Shown here piece by piece: positions 40,226-50,146 of a DNA stretch of 64,000 nucleotides (position 1 is its first letter; every line of letters begins with the position of its first letter). The DNA comes from Candidatus Chisholmbacteria bacterium (GTDB taxonomy: Bacteria; Patescibacteriota; Microgenomatia; UBA1400; Chisholmbacteraceae). Made by a program: the position numbers and the translations under genes. The DNA lies in the NCBI GenBank assembly GCA_963704905.1, contig CAVPHZ010000001.1, forward strand, positions 323,438 to 387,437, given 5' to 3'. Under the pieces are notes generated by a model. It was given only the letters and a program-made list of their open reading frames with translations, searched no databases and was not told the DNA's origin.

Positions 40226-40254
40226 TTGACCCTTTCAGGAATTTATGGTAGAAT
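40226..40254 (+). promoter_or_regulatory. putative sigma70 promoter for the 1283-aa gene
   Basis: TTGACC (40226-40231), 17-bp spacer, TAGAAT (40249-40254). Confidence 0.4.
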
Positions 40255-40338
40255 TCGGTTCTTGTTAGGGTAATACAATTGTTTGCAGGTTTCGTAGAAA
40301 GTGGATAGTAATTGGTGTAGCATTTAGATAGGAGCAGT

Positions 40339-43300
40339 ATGAGCGAAGAAAAAGAACGATCTGAAGAAAAAGGCAAAACAGAAAGAGGGAAGAAACCTTC
40401 TGGATCTCAAGAAAAGGAAAAGAAGGAAAGCTCTGTGCGCAGAAGAGGGAAACAGCAAAAAGAAACGAGCGCTCCACAGCCTCCATCAACGCAGCCAGAA
40501 CAAACAGTTTATGAGCGAGGCGACAAATTCCAGGGTGTAAATGAGAAAGACCGGAAGAATGCCGGTCAGCTTACCGAGAAGATGCTTCAGAGCGCAGTCG
40601 GCGAAGCTATGAAGGCAGGCGTTGAGGTTAACGGCAAGAAGATTCAGGCTGAAGATTTTGATCGGCTCAAAGCACTGCTTTTCAGAAAAAAAGAGGTGGA
40701 TGAAGAGGAAGAGAAATCACTGCTTGAATTGCTCCTGGCACTGCTTCAATTTCTTTATGAACAGATCAAACAAGCGATTTTTGGCGATAAAGACGACCAC
40801 AAGGCAATAGTTGAGACAGCGAAGGCGTTTGGAATCGGAGATGATTCCAAAGAAATCATGAAATGGGTTACCAGCATATTTACCTTTTCCGAGGAGGGTG
40901 AGGCAGAGCTACAGAAAAACGTTGACCGTTACCTTGCCGATGAGCAAGACGTTCCAGTTCCTGATGAACAGATGTTGGAAGCGTGGAGAAAGAGAGGGTG
41001 GACTGAAGGTGATATCCAGCGTGTCCTTAAAGAAGGAAAACGAGGAGGAACTTCAGGTCCAGCGGACGGTGAGGATATTGATGTAATGATTGATGCAATG
41101 AGTGATGATGAAGTAGCCCGTATTGCAGCCCGGGGAGATCGGACACTTGCCACTGCTGATATCTGGCAGCAGTATTTTGCCCAATCCAGACAAGGAGACC
41201 AAGCTGTAAGCTTAAATCCTTTGCAAGCGACGCTTGACGAACAAGTAAAACGACTCAAACAAGCCCAGGAGATTGGTGACCAAGCTCGGGAAAAACACCT
41301 ACAAAGAGAAGTTGCCAAGTCAATTCTTCTGCTGGAGCGGATGGCACCAGCCAGGAAAAGTAATAATGGAGAAGATGTTGAGCGACAAATGGGATTGTAT
41401 GGACCGCGGGCGGTTGATTTGATGAGGAGAATTACTGAACTTCGCAAAGTAGGTGTTTATGCTGCGCTGACTGCACGTGAGGCTGATATTCGTGCGATAC
41501 AGATTGAGGGAGATACGGGTGATTCATTAAAAGTTCAAACAGGACATGGAGAAGAAATATTTCAGTCTGGAGAGAGCGAGGTTGGTAAAAAATTGCTTCG
41601 AGATGTAGCTTTGGTGCAGGCCGGTAACCTGAGCGTAGATGAGTTTAGGGAGTCGTTACGAGTGAATTATATTAAACCTGTTTATGAGGAAGTTATTGGT
41701 GATGCCGAAGAGGATCCAAGGCAGGGATTCAAGATGGAGTCTTGGGGGCATATCCTAATGGGAGAGCTGTTTGAGTCGGTTAAAGAAGCTGGCTACTATG
41801 GTGATCGCGAGAAACAACGCCTGAGCAGCTCTTTGTATGCTCGGCAAATCAGCTCACTGCTTAATGCTGATGCAAATAAAGGTGCGAGCATCACCGATAT
41901 GCACAAGAAGGCTGACCAGCTGTTTTTATCTGAAGATTACGACACGATGATGCGTACAGAGCCGGGGTTGGGGGCAGCACGCAGGCGTCTTGAAGCAGTC
42001 TTCAGCCTAGTACAAATGGATCCCAACAACCGCTACCGAATGCCATATAAAGAATTTATTGCTGATCCAGAAGGAAACTTCGAGGCACCACACATACAAC
42101 GAATGGTATCGGAAACACTCTTGCAACAGCAAGGTGAAGGGATTTTGAGGAACTCGCTTGACCAGAAGGTTTCAATTAAACGGAAAGAGGCTGCGCGGAT
42201 TGCCGGACAGGCGATGAGCGTTTCCAACTCTATGCTGCGGACGACTGAACGGATGTCGACGAGCTTGCTTGCACCTCGAGAAGGTGGGGAGTTTTTAATC
42301 AGCACACCGCATGATAAAGCCAGATATGACACGCTGCGCATGTCCGGAGAACGGTTTGAGACGTATGGCCGTGGCCGGGAGGCAATCAAGCCATTGGTTG
42401 ACCGAATGCGACAAGCTGTTCAGCCAGGGGTGTATGAGCCATTACCCGGTAATGGCGGGTTTGGCGTTGACCGATGGGAGTTGAACCCGGAAAACTTGTT
42501 TAAAATCGGAGGGAATTATAGTGCCTCTCATTGGAGAGCACATAAGGCAACTGAACAACAGCGAGCACGTGGATTGGCTTTGGGATTGAAACTCTATGAG
42601 CCGGATGCAAACAAAGCTGATTTATGGAGACAGGTTGGGGAGCGACTGCCGACAGTGGTTGCGCGATATTTTCCCACATTAGCGCTTGAGAATGCGAAGG
42701 ATAAAATTCACTATTTTGATTTTGAAGCACGGCTCCGCAGCGATGTCATTTCAGGAGGGGAAAAGGAAAGTTTTTTGAGGTATGTACAAACCAGAAGAGA
42801 CGCGCTCTTGAAAGACAAAAAAGAAGATCATCTCGGTGAAATTTCTAGTGAAATAACAAAAGATATTGAATCCCGAATTCTGCGGGGTGTATCCAAGGAC
42901 ACAGCAAAGAATAAAGAGGATCTCAAAAAAGCAGTGGCTGGTTTTAGAGCCAGTGGAGAATATACGTTGGATGGCAAGCTTGGGCGGGTTTTTCAAGAAA
43001 AAGTGGAGCAACGCCAAAGAGAACTGTACCTTCAAGAAGGCGCGCGGATTAGTTTTCTATGGATGGTAGCTAAAGAAACAGGCACAGAGATGAATTTGAA
43101 TACACCTGAATGGGAGGGGAAAGCCTGGGAGCGATGGGTTGAGATTGAGAACAAATTGGCGATTTTGCAGGAAAAGAAACTACAAGAATTTTTATTTGAG
43201 CGGAAAGAAGAGTACCAGGATGCAGATGGAATAGCGCAAAGTGCCTACGATGCAGGGCATGATGCTAGTTGGAGGATTTTAGACGATCCTACTTTAACTG

Positions 43301-44190
43301 AGGGAGTGAAAAACGTTGTCCGTCGGCTGACTTTCCTTGGAAATAATGACATTTCTGAGCGTGATTACACCACTTTTCACCAACAAGTATTAGGTTTATC
43401 CGATGAAGAGATTAATACAGAATTGGATTTGCACGATGATTATCAGGTTTCAAGTAGCAACAGGGAGGCAAAACGAAACGCTGTTCTTTGGAAAAGACTT
43501 GATAAAGAGAAGAAAAGAGGAGCGGAGCGGCTGGCGAGCGTGGAGTTTAGCTTTACGCCGTTTTTAGATGATGTTGCGCACGAGAAAGAGGAGTGGAAGG
43601 AGATCGGACCGAGGGGTGTATCTCGAAGATATGCTGACAATGAGATGTACCAAAACGCCCAATCGGCGTTCTGGAAGATTTCTAATAACCTGATGGTTGG
43701 TGACGACCGGGCCCCGCAAGACCGAGCTGAATTGGTGAAAAATTTGACTGAGTTTCAAAACATCATGCAGTATCTTTCTGAGTCTGATCGGCAGAAGATA
43801 ACCGCTTCGCTTGCGTACAATGTGGTTAATAATCTTTATAAGGCAGATAAATGGACGAACATTCCCTTTTTTGGCCCAGTGATCGACTGGGGAGGACCTT
43901 GGGGATTGTGGAAGTTTGCTGGAGTGTCTTCTCCTGCACAGCGGAAGTTTGGATACGATGCAATGAGCATGACTGCTTTAGAACGCTACCAATTCATAAA
44001 TGATTTACGCCCACTGATAGGTAATGAGTGGGCAGATAAGCTGATGAAAGATACTAAATCACGGTTTCGAAATGTGGTTTACGAGTTAGTTAACCAATAT
44101 TCGCTTCCAGGTGCAATAGCATCAGCTTGGTACCTGGCGAAACCATTTTTTACGGAATTAGCGGCGTATATGAAGCAGGATTTTCAGTAG
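40339..44190 (+). CDS. very large, highly charged soluble protein of unknown function
   Basis: 1283 aa, Lys/Glu/Arg-rich, with a low-complexity N-terminus (EEKERSEEKGKTERGKK). No TM, no nucleotide-binding or relaxase HUH motif seen. Confidence 0.35.
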   Translation: MSEEKERSEEKGKTERGKKPSGSQEKEKKESSVRRRGKQQKETSAPQPPSTQPEQTVYERGDKFQGVNEKDRKNAGQLTEKMLQSAVGEAMKAGVEVNGKKIQAEDFDRLKALLFRKKEVDEEEEKSLLELLLALLQFLYEQIKQAIFGDKDDHKAIVETAKAFGIGDDSKEIMKWVTSIFTFSEEGEAELQKNVDRYLADEQDVPVPDEQMLEAWRKRGWTEGDIQRVLKEGKRGGTSGPADGEDIDVMIDAMSDDEVARIAARGDRTLATADIWQQYFAQSRQGDQAVSLNPLQATLDEQVKRLKQAQEIGDQAREKHLQREVAKSILLLERMAPARKSNNGEDVERQMGLYGPRAVDLMRRITELRKVGVYAALTAREADIRAIQIEGDTGDSLKVQTGHGEEIFQSGESEVGKKLLRDVALVQAGNLSVDEFRESLRVNYIKPVYEEVIGDAEEDPRQGFKMESWGHILMGELFESVKEAGYYGDREKQRLSSSLYARQISSLLNADANKGASITDMHKKADQLFLSEDYDTMMRTEPGLGAARRRLEAVFSLVQMDPNNRYRMPYKEFIADPEGNFEAPHIQRMVSETLLQQQGEGILRNSLDQKVSIKRKEAARIAGQAMSVSNSMLRTTERMSTSLLAPREGGEFLISTPHDKARYDTLRMSGERFETYGRGREAIKPLVDRMRQAVQPGVYEPLPGNGGFGVDRWELNPENLFKIGGNYSASHWRAHKATEQQRARGLALGLKLYEPDANKADLWRQVGERLPTVVARYFPTLALENAKDKIHYFDFEARLRSDVISGGEKESFLRYVQTRRDALLKDKKEDHLGEISSEITKDIESRILRGVSKDTAKNKEDLKKAVAGFRASGEYTLDGKLGRVFQEKVEQRQRELYLQEGARISFLWMVAKETGTEMNLNTPEWEGKAWERWVEIENKLAILQEKKLQEFLFERKEEYQDADGIAQSAYDAGHDASWRILDDPTLTEGVKNVVRRLTFLGNNDISERDYTTFHQQVLGLSDEEINTELDLHDDYQVSSSNREAKRNAVLWKRLDKEKKRGAERLASVEFSFTPFLDDVAHEKEEWKEIGPRGVSRRYADNEMYQNAQSAFWKISNNLMVGDDRAPQDRAELVKNLTEFQNIMQYLSESDRQKITASLAYNVVNNLYKADKWTNIPFFGPVIDWGGPWGLWKFAGVSSPAQRKFGYDAMSMTALERYQFINDLRPLIGNEWADKLMKDTKSRFRNVVYELVNQYSLPGAIASAWYLAKPFFTELAAYMKQDFQ

Positions 44191-44201
44191 TACTTCTTTT
44201 C

Positions 44202-45695
44202 TTATTTTCTTCGAGTTTCACCGGCGAGTGATTCAATCTTCTGGGCAACGTAGGTTCTGGCTCCGGAGGAGATTCCACCCGCCACACCTCGTACCGGGGC
44301 TGTGGCTACCCTAGCTCCAGCGGCAATTGGAGCAAAGATGCCGGCGGCCGGTATTCCTTTGGCTTTCAGCGCTTGCTGGAGCGTGGTTACCAGCTGGGGG
44401 GTAAAGAGGATGAAACCATATCCTATTAAAGCGAGGACAGATTCGACGTCTGTGGTAAAGCCGATGAAAGGCGGAAGCCAACCTTCACCACTATCTCTAA
44501 TGACTGAACTGGTTATTCCCCACTCATCTCTTCCTAAAGAACAACGGTCTGGATCACTTGAAGTACATGGACCCATGAGAATAGCTCCAATGAGGAGGAG
44601 GGCTGCAGCGGCAGGAAAGACAAGAACATTGGCGAGGAAATTTCGAGCCCAACTGCTGAAGCTGTCTGATCCAGGCAGAGCATTGGGAAGGATCATCAAC
44701 GGAGAGAAGATGGTCAGCATGATGATTTTTACATAGGACATGAGCAACTGGAAAAAGAGACGGAAGGCGGCAAACAGAAGTGCAACCGACATGATGACGG
44801 TGACAAATGCGTCTCCGACGATTCCGACGATAAAGCCAATGGTGTCGTTGTCAAACACGTTCTCAATGATATTTCTGATTTGATCTCCTGCGGTGTCCCC
44901 GGAAACCGTGTCAAAGCCTTTAAAGAGAATGGTAAAGATGTTTTCACCGATGAATACCTGGCGCGGTGCGGAGGCACTCGTTAGGAGCCCTTGAGTGTAT
45001 AGTGTTGAGATGACGAGATAGATGCCGAGGTAGATGAGGTCGACGAAAAAGCCTGCTATCGCAAAGGAAAAAGTGATGAGCAGCAAAGTGACCACAAGTT
45101 TTGGGAGCGAGTTTTGAAGGTTGACCACGGTTTGAGGGTCAAGCTGAGCGCGAAACATGATCATAAATCCAATGAAGATAAAGATGATCACGTAGGCAAG
45201 ATAGGCGATGTTTCTAAACGCAGCCCAGAGATCTGTCAAAGGAAGGAGGGCACGATAGCCGGTGCTCTGCGCATAGGCAGGTTCAACCGGGTTTATTTTG
45301 CGAGCGACGTATTGAATATATTGTCCTGAAGAAACAGGCCGTTCGGCGATAAGTCCGGCGATGAAGCCTCCGGCGAATTGTACTGCACCTGGCCGTCTAT
45401 AGCTGAATGGAGTCGGGTCTGCTGTGGGATGCTCAGTGGTTCTGAATGTCGAGGTACTGGTGGTGTTTAAGATTGCATTTACGATAGCAGTAACTGTGCA
45501 CTCAAGACCCACGTTTCCGTCAGCACATTCTTGCAGCGCCAAGTCGTGTTCGGCTGAGCTGGGCTGAAACCATAGGCTTTGGGCAAATATTGGTATGGAA
45601 AAGAGGGTGAATAACACGATGAGAACAGCAACGATTTTCCAGAGTGGTTTGTTGAGAACATTTCTGAGCCAGCGCAGGTGTTTCATCAGCGTCAT
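44202..45695 (-). CDS. polytopic membrane protein (VirB6/TrbL-like candidate)
   Basis: 497 aa with an N-terminal signal/TM and at least six further hydrophobic helices, in a T4SS-like context. Confidence 0.35.
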   Translation of the reverse strand: MTLMKHLRWLRNVLNKPLWKIVAVLIVLFTLFSIPIFAQSLWFQPSSAEHDLALQECADGNVGLECTVTAIVNAILNTTSTSTFRTTEHPTADPTPFSYRRPGAVQFAGGFIAGLIAERPVSSGQYIQYVARKINPVEPAYAQSTGYRALLPLTDLWAAFRNIAYLAYVIIFIFIGFMIMFRAQLDPQTVVNLQNSLPKLVVTLLLITFSFAIAGFFVDLIYLGIYLVISTLYTQGLLTSASAPRQVFIGENIFTILFKGFDTVSGDTAGDQIRNIIENVFDNDTIGFIVGIVGDAFVTVIMSVALLFAAFRLFFQLLMSYVKIIMLTIFSPLMILPNALPGSDSFSSWARNFLANVLVFPAAAALLLIGAILMGPCTSSDPDRCSLGRDEWGITSSVIRDSGEGWLPPFIGFTTDVESVLALIGYGFILFTPQLVTTLQQALKAKGIPAAGIFAPIAAGARVATAPVRGVAGGISSGARTYVAQKIESLAGETRRK

Positions 45696-45746
45696 TGTAG
45701 ATCACAGCATTCGTATGAGTCAAATGTTGAGACTCTGTTTATTGTA

Positions 45747-46877
45747 CTACAGACCCTTTCTGACCCAAATCTGTTGGTTGCAGCGCTCATCATAATATAT
45801 ATACGGTTGAGATCCCGGGATGCGGGAAGAAATAGACTCCAATAGATTTTCTTTAGCACAGTGAATATAGCCAAGATAGCGGAAGTAGGTACGCGCATCA
45901 CTACCGGGATTGATATCAAGCGGAGAGCCGGCTTCTGCGTAGTCGTCGGTGAAGCGGTAACTCAGGCGTGACTCACCAGGCCAGTCAAAGGTTGGTTCGC
46001 TGAGGGCAGTGCGGAACATGGTGAAGATCGACTGAGTGTTATTTACGGTGTTGTTCCAAATCTCGTATAAGTACGGGGTGTATGTGTGAATGTACCCCGG
46101 GGTCATGGCAACTTTGATTTCTTCGTATAAGTCCTCACAAGCTCCTTGTTCGAAATCAAATGGGCTGGGGAACCAATTTCCATTGTATGGATCATTCGGT
46201 TGACCGCCTGATTGGCTAGAGTCCCAAACACATTCCATCCAAGGAGCGAAGGGGTCGCTGCGGCAAGATCCTGTTGAGCTCGATCCTCCCGGAACCCATG
46301 ACCCACCTATGCATTGGTGCCATCCATATCTGTATGGCTGGTTGCAAAATCTGGTGACTGTTGGTTCGGTTAAGTACCAATCATCGTCACAATATTGTCC
46401 TCCCTGACAACCAAAACCGCCAGTACAACAGTCTGAAAGACTGCAAGGTGAGGCAAAGTCAGGACATTGCTGAATCCGATTAACTTGCGTTCCAGGAGGA
46501 TGACCTGCTGGGACACCAACAACTGGAGCAGTGCAATACCAAGCAGGGCCAGTCAGATCGTTGGTTGGCATGCTTGCCGAATTACATTCGGCTCCCGGGC
46601 AAATATACTCGAAGTAATCTGCATAGTAGGGTTGGGGAATGTATTTGAGTTCGGCAGCCTGGAAATTGATTTCGCTGTTGAAGACATAATCACCAGGAGA
46701 ATAGTATTGATCTCCGAGATCGCACATCGGGCCAATTGAACAGGCGTTGTAGTAACAATCGAAACCTTGGGCAAAGATCGGTTTTTCCATTTTTGACAGC
46801 AGGAATAGTCCAATGATTGAGAAGAGAATGAGTGTAAGTGTGGCGTGAATTAATAGTTGCAGTCTTATACTGTTCAT
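45747..46877 (-). CDS. secreted Cys/aromatic-rich protein, hypothetical
   Basis: 376 aa. N-terminal signal/TM (LTLILFSIIGLFLLS), then over 30 Cys with many W/Y/G/P (CYYNACSIGPMCDLGDQYY...). Confidence 0.4.
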   Translation of the reverse strand: MNSIRLQLLIHATLTLILFSIIGLFLLSKMEKPIFAQGFDCYYNACSIGPMCDLGDQYYSPGDYVFNSEINFQAAELKYIPQPYYADYFEYICPGAECNSASMPTNDLTGPAWYCTAPVVGVPAGHPPGTQVNRIQQCPDFASPCSLSDCCTGGFGCQGGQYCDDDWYLTEPTVTRFCNQPYRYGWHQCIGGSWVPGGSSSTGSCRSDPFAPWMECVWDSSQSGGQPNDPYNGNWFPSPFDFEQGACEDLYEEIKVAMTPGYIHTYTPYLYEIWNNTVNNTQSIFTMFRTALSEPTFDWPGESRLSYRFTDDYAEAGSPLDINPGSDARTYFRYLGYIHCAKENLLESISSRIPGSQPYIYYDERCNQQIWVRKGL

Positions 46878-46880
46878 TTG

Positions 46881-48719
46881 TTAGCCTTCTGGTCTGTCAA
46901 TTAAAGCACAGGTAGAAACCCACCTCCATCGAGATTGAATGTTGCAAGCATATTGTCTTCCAGTTGACGAGTCGCAGCTTCCACTGCGATAGATAGCCAG
47001 GAATACTTCCAGGTCGTTCATCGGTCGGGCTGGTCCAGTTCCGCAGCTGGCAGTGGATAAGTTTGGATAGAGTGTCGTGAGCGGAGGATTACTGAAACAG
47101 CTTGAATAATTGGAGCGGTATACAGATGGCAATTGGATGTGACCGCTCAACCCGGTTCCACCGCCATTATTTTGACGCTCGAAACTACACTCCAGAGCTG
47201 GGTTGTTTACTCCGAAATCTTGCCGTGAGATGCTGTAGTTGCTGGCGTTGCTTTCATTTAGCCAGATGAGCATGGACAGGGCTGGGTGAATATTGCCGCT
47301 AGCATGGGCAATGACATCTCCATAGCATGCGGCAACATTGTTTCCTGGTCGGCCACTTACCCATGCTAGGGCAAGATTTTCAATATCTGATTGTGATCGA
47401 ACACAAGAATGTGTATTGGAGACGTTGTGGCAATCAACCACTGTTGTAGGATCGCATCCGGCTGAACCGCCACCGGCTAGACAGGCTGCTCCTGACATAG
47501 CCCAAGGACCAGCAGGACACATTTCACCCATATCTGCTTCGGTTTCTTCTTCAGGAGGTACAGGCACGGGGAGCAGGTTTGATGCAAGCATGTCTTGCAA
47601 GTAAGTGCTGACCTGGTTTAGGCGGGGAAGGTGAGGAATGCTTACCCTTTCTTCAATAGTTGAGAAGGGCTGTCCCGGCTCTGGATTGACTTGAATGAAG
47701 CCAATGGCATCTTCCCGGGTGACTGTGGGAATATTTGACCAGAGTTTGCCGTAAATTGTATCAGCCCACTGAGTGCGGTCTGCAATGTAGGTGGCAATAC
47801 AACTATTTCTGGCAACTGAACTGGCGATAGCACTACAGGTGTATTCTGGTGGAAGGTGGCTGGAAAAGTCTGATAGCCGAACTGGATTTCCTTGGTTCCA
47901 GTTTGCTGGTTCTCCATTATCTTCAAAACCAACGATATAGTCGTGATGTTCATCTCCAGCGTTATCTATCATGCTGATCTTTCTACCTCTTTGCGTTGAC
48001 AGATCTTCGTTAAATGGCAAGGCTGAAAGTAGCTTCCGATAAACACCGGCACGATTCCAAAGTTCGGGACGCTGATCAATATACACCAGACTATTGATGT
48101 CCGGTTCAAGCACTCCTTCGTAGAAGGCCCGGCCTTCAAGGTAATCGGCTAGATGTTCCTGAGCCCGGTTAAAGAAGGTGAGGTAGTCGTATCCAGCACG
48201 ATTGACGGATACCAGCGGAAGCTCGTAGGCGCGAGCATCCACGGTGTAGGTGCCTGCAATGCAAGGAAGATTATTTGGATTTGCGTCTATGCCGCAGGGG
48301 TTGTCTTGCGGCTGGACAGCGGCAACACAAGGAAAGTTCGGATCATTAAGCTCACATCCTTGTGTATGGCGAAGATAACCAACATTTTTGGCTGCCCAGG
48401 GACGCATGGCACAGTAGGGTTCGTTGGTGTCTTCTATTTCTCGGTCTGCTTCGGGACCACAAATCTCGCAGGGATACGGACGAAGCGGATGGCCTTCGCT
48501 ATCCCACGGGTCGCAGCGCTCAGCTTCTAACCCTGCAGTTCTCGGGCAGGAATCGACATCCGCTTGGGCAAGAGTTTGAGAGGGGGATGTGACTGTTGAT
48601 ATTACAACTACAATCAGTACTACTATCAACTGAAGTGATGTTTTTCTTTTATCTTGTTGTTGGTCAAAACGTTGCGTCATATTGACTAGGAAGAAGCCAA
48701 GATACCTCATAATTATCAT
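46881..48719 (-). CDS. secreted Cys-rich protein, hypothetical
   Basis: 612 aa. N-terminal TM/signal, about 30 Cys, 4-bp spacing from the downstream paralog-like gene. Confidence 0.4.
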   Translation of the reverse strand: MIIMRYLGFFLVNMTQRFDQQQDKRKTSLQLIVVLIVVVISTVTSPSQTLAQADVDSCPRTAGLEAERCDPWDSEGHPLRPYPCEICGPEADREIEDTNEPYCAMRPWAAKNVGYLRHTQGCELNDPNFPCVAAVQPQDNPCGIDANPNNLPCIAGTYTVDARAYELPLVSVNRAGYDYLTFFNRAQEHLADYLEGRAFYEGVLEPDINSLVYIDQRPELWNRAGVYRKLLSALPFNEDLSTQRGRKISMIDNAGDEHHDYIVGFEDNGEPANWNQGNPVRLSDFSSHLPPEYTCSAIASSVARNSCIATYIADRTQWADTIYGKLWSNIPTVTREDAIGFIQVNPEPGQPFSTIEERVSIPHLPRLNQVSTYLQDMLASNLLPVPVPPEEETEADMGEMCPAGPWAMSGAACLAGGGSAGCDPTTVVDCHNVSNTHSCVRSQSDIENLALAWVSGRPGNNVAACYGDVIAHASGNIHPALSMLIWLNESNASNYSISRQDFGVNNPALECSFERQNNGGGTGLSGHIQLPSVYRSNYSSCFSNPPLTTLYPNLSTASCGTGPARPMNDLEVFLAIYRSGSCDSSTGRQYACNIQSRWRWVSTCALIDRPEG

Positions 48720-48819
48720 AGAAAGTTCACTTCCTTATTGCAAGAATAGAGAATTATGATTTTGAGAGAAAGCTTTTTTGGAAGCTGAGGGTTGGGAGAT
48801 TGGGGATATTAAATAAAGA

Positions 48820-49290
48820 CTACAACCCTGTTGTGTCTGGGCAAGGTATATTGAACTCCAGTAGCGTGAAGGTGACACCGAAGATGAAATCGTCAATAAA
48901 TTTGAGAATAAACCAGGCAAGTATCATTAGTGCAATTCCTGCGATTGCATAGGTCATGGTATTTTTGGCGTCTTGTACCGCTTTTTGATCACCACCACTG
49001 GTAAGATAGCGGAAGCCTCCAAATATTAACATTACAAAGAGAAGTATTCCGGCAATTGAGACCGCGGCTGACAGGATATTGGCAAAAATATAGTTAAAAT
49101 CACATAGGGGATTTACTGCCGAAGGTTGAACTATTCCAGCGTAGATAGTCCTAGGTTTTAGTATGCCCAATACAGCCGTGAAGAGCGCAACTACCCACGT
49201 TCGCTTCAAGTTCATTATCAGATGATTAAAAACAATCGGAACGTTCTTGGTGAGGCTCCGATTGTTTTTTCTTTTTTCCATTATGATCAT
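48820..49290 (-). CDS. T4SS pilin-like two-helix membrane protein (paralog 1 of 7)
   Basis: Signal/TM1, loop LFVMLIFGGFRYLTSGGDQKAVQDAKNTMTYAIAGIAL, then TM2. Shares the W/Y-[LI]-[TS]-[AS]-G-[GN]-[DP]...K...A..G[LI] motif with the neighbouring ORFs. Confidence 0.5.
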   Translation of the reverse strand: MIIMEKRKNNRSLTKNVPIVFNHLIMNLKRTWVVALFTAVLGILKPRTIYAGIVQPSAVNPLCDFNYIFANILSAAVSIAGILLFVMLIFGGFRYLTSGGDQKAVQDAKNTMTYAIAGIALMILAWFILKFIDDFIFGVTFTLLEFNIPCPDTTGL

Positions 49291-49335
49291 TGCTCTGATT
49301 CACAACTTAAATTCTATCTTGTGTGTACTATCTGA

Positions 49336-49683
49336 TTAATAGAATGTTGGGAGTGAAAGGGTGCTCGTGAAATTGACTCCAAAGAAGAAGTTGATCAGTT
49401 GCATGATGGCCCAGGCTGCTGCGATGACAGCAAGTCCGACCAATGCGTTTGAAATTCTTCCGCGAGCTGCTTCAATGTTGGCCTTATCACCTCCGGCAGT
49501 AATCCATTGGATTCCACCCCAAACCAGATATGCAAAGACAAGAACTCCTGCAATGAGGAAGGCTGCTCCAATGGCCCCAGAAATGAGCGTTCCAATATCA
49601 GTAATCTGGAATCCTGATGGTCTGCCAACGTTGACGCTAGCGTATGCTTGTGGTGCGAGTTGCATATCTTCACCTCCTCTCAA
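49336..49683 (-). CDS. T4SS pilin-like protein (paralog 2)
   Basis: LVWGGIQWITAGGDKANIEAARGRISNALVGLAVIAAAWAIM. Confidence 0.5.
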   Translation of the reverse strand: MRGGEDMQLAPQAYASVNVGRPSGFQITDIGTLISGAIGAAFLIAGVLVFAYLVWGGIQWITAGGDKANIEAARGRISNALVGLAVIAAAWAIMQLINFFFGVNFTSTLSLPTFY

Positions 49684-49817
49684 TGCAGTGATGATTATGG
49701 TTTTATGTACTTTCCTTGTTTATTTTGATCAATATTCGACGAACTGTCAACTTCAGTATTTGAAAATTTCTAGTCTTTGCTGAAAACTTGCTCCATTTTT
49801 TAACCTTTATATTCTAT

Positions 49818-50132
49818 CTATATTGGGTTGATTGGAAGCCCAAGAACATAGATGGCGATAAGATAGACTGCCCATGCAGCTGCAACTAAGACTAGCCCAG
49901 TTGCTGCGTTGGTCATCCGTTGTTTGGCTGCTTCTACGTGGGTTTTGTCACCTCCAGCTGTTAACCATTGGAGTGCTGACATGACGAAGAAGAGGATGAA
50001 CGCGAGACCACCGAAGATGAGTGCGAGTGCCAATACATTACTTACCACATCACCAATCGATGTGATTTTAAAGAATGTTCCAATGTCTAGTTGAGAACTG
50101 ACGTTTACAGGTATTGGTGTAAAAAGTGTCAT
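49818..50132 (-). CDS. T4SS pilin-like protein (paralog 3)
   Basis: ALQWLTAGGDKTHVEAAKQRMTNAATGLVLVAAAWAVY. Confidence 0.5.
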   Translation of the reverse strand: MTLFTPIPVNVSSQLDIGTFFKITSIGDVVSNVLALALIFGGLAFILFFVMSALQWLTAGGDKTHVEAAKQRMTNAATGLVLVAAAWAVYLIAIYVLGLPINPI

Positions 50133-50146
50133 AGGTATCTATTGAA

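Noticed and set aside
40929-41447. 172-aa minus-strand ORF and other short ORFs (40622-40810, 40898-41086, 42033-42389, 42500-43035, 43443-43758) inside the 1283-aa gene
   Set aside because: They are nested in a long uninterrupted plus-strand ORF with coherent composition. Treated as antisense noise.
31220-44190. Relaxase, VirD4-type coupling protein, tyrosine/serine recombinase (ICE hallmarks)
   Set aside because: No second Walker-A ATPase and no HUH or recombinase catalytic motifs in any island ORF, so I did not label the region a mobile element.
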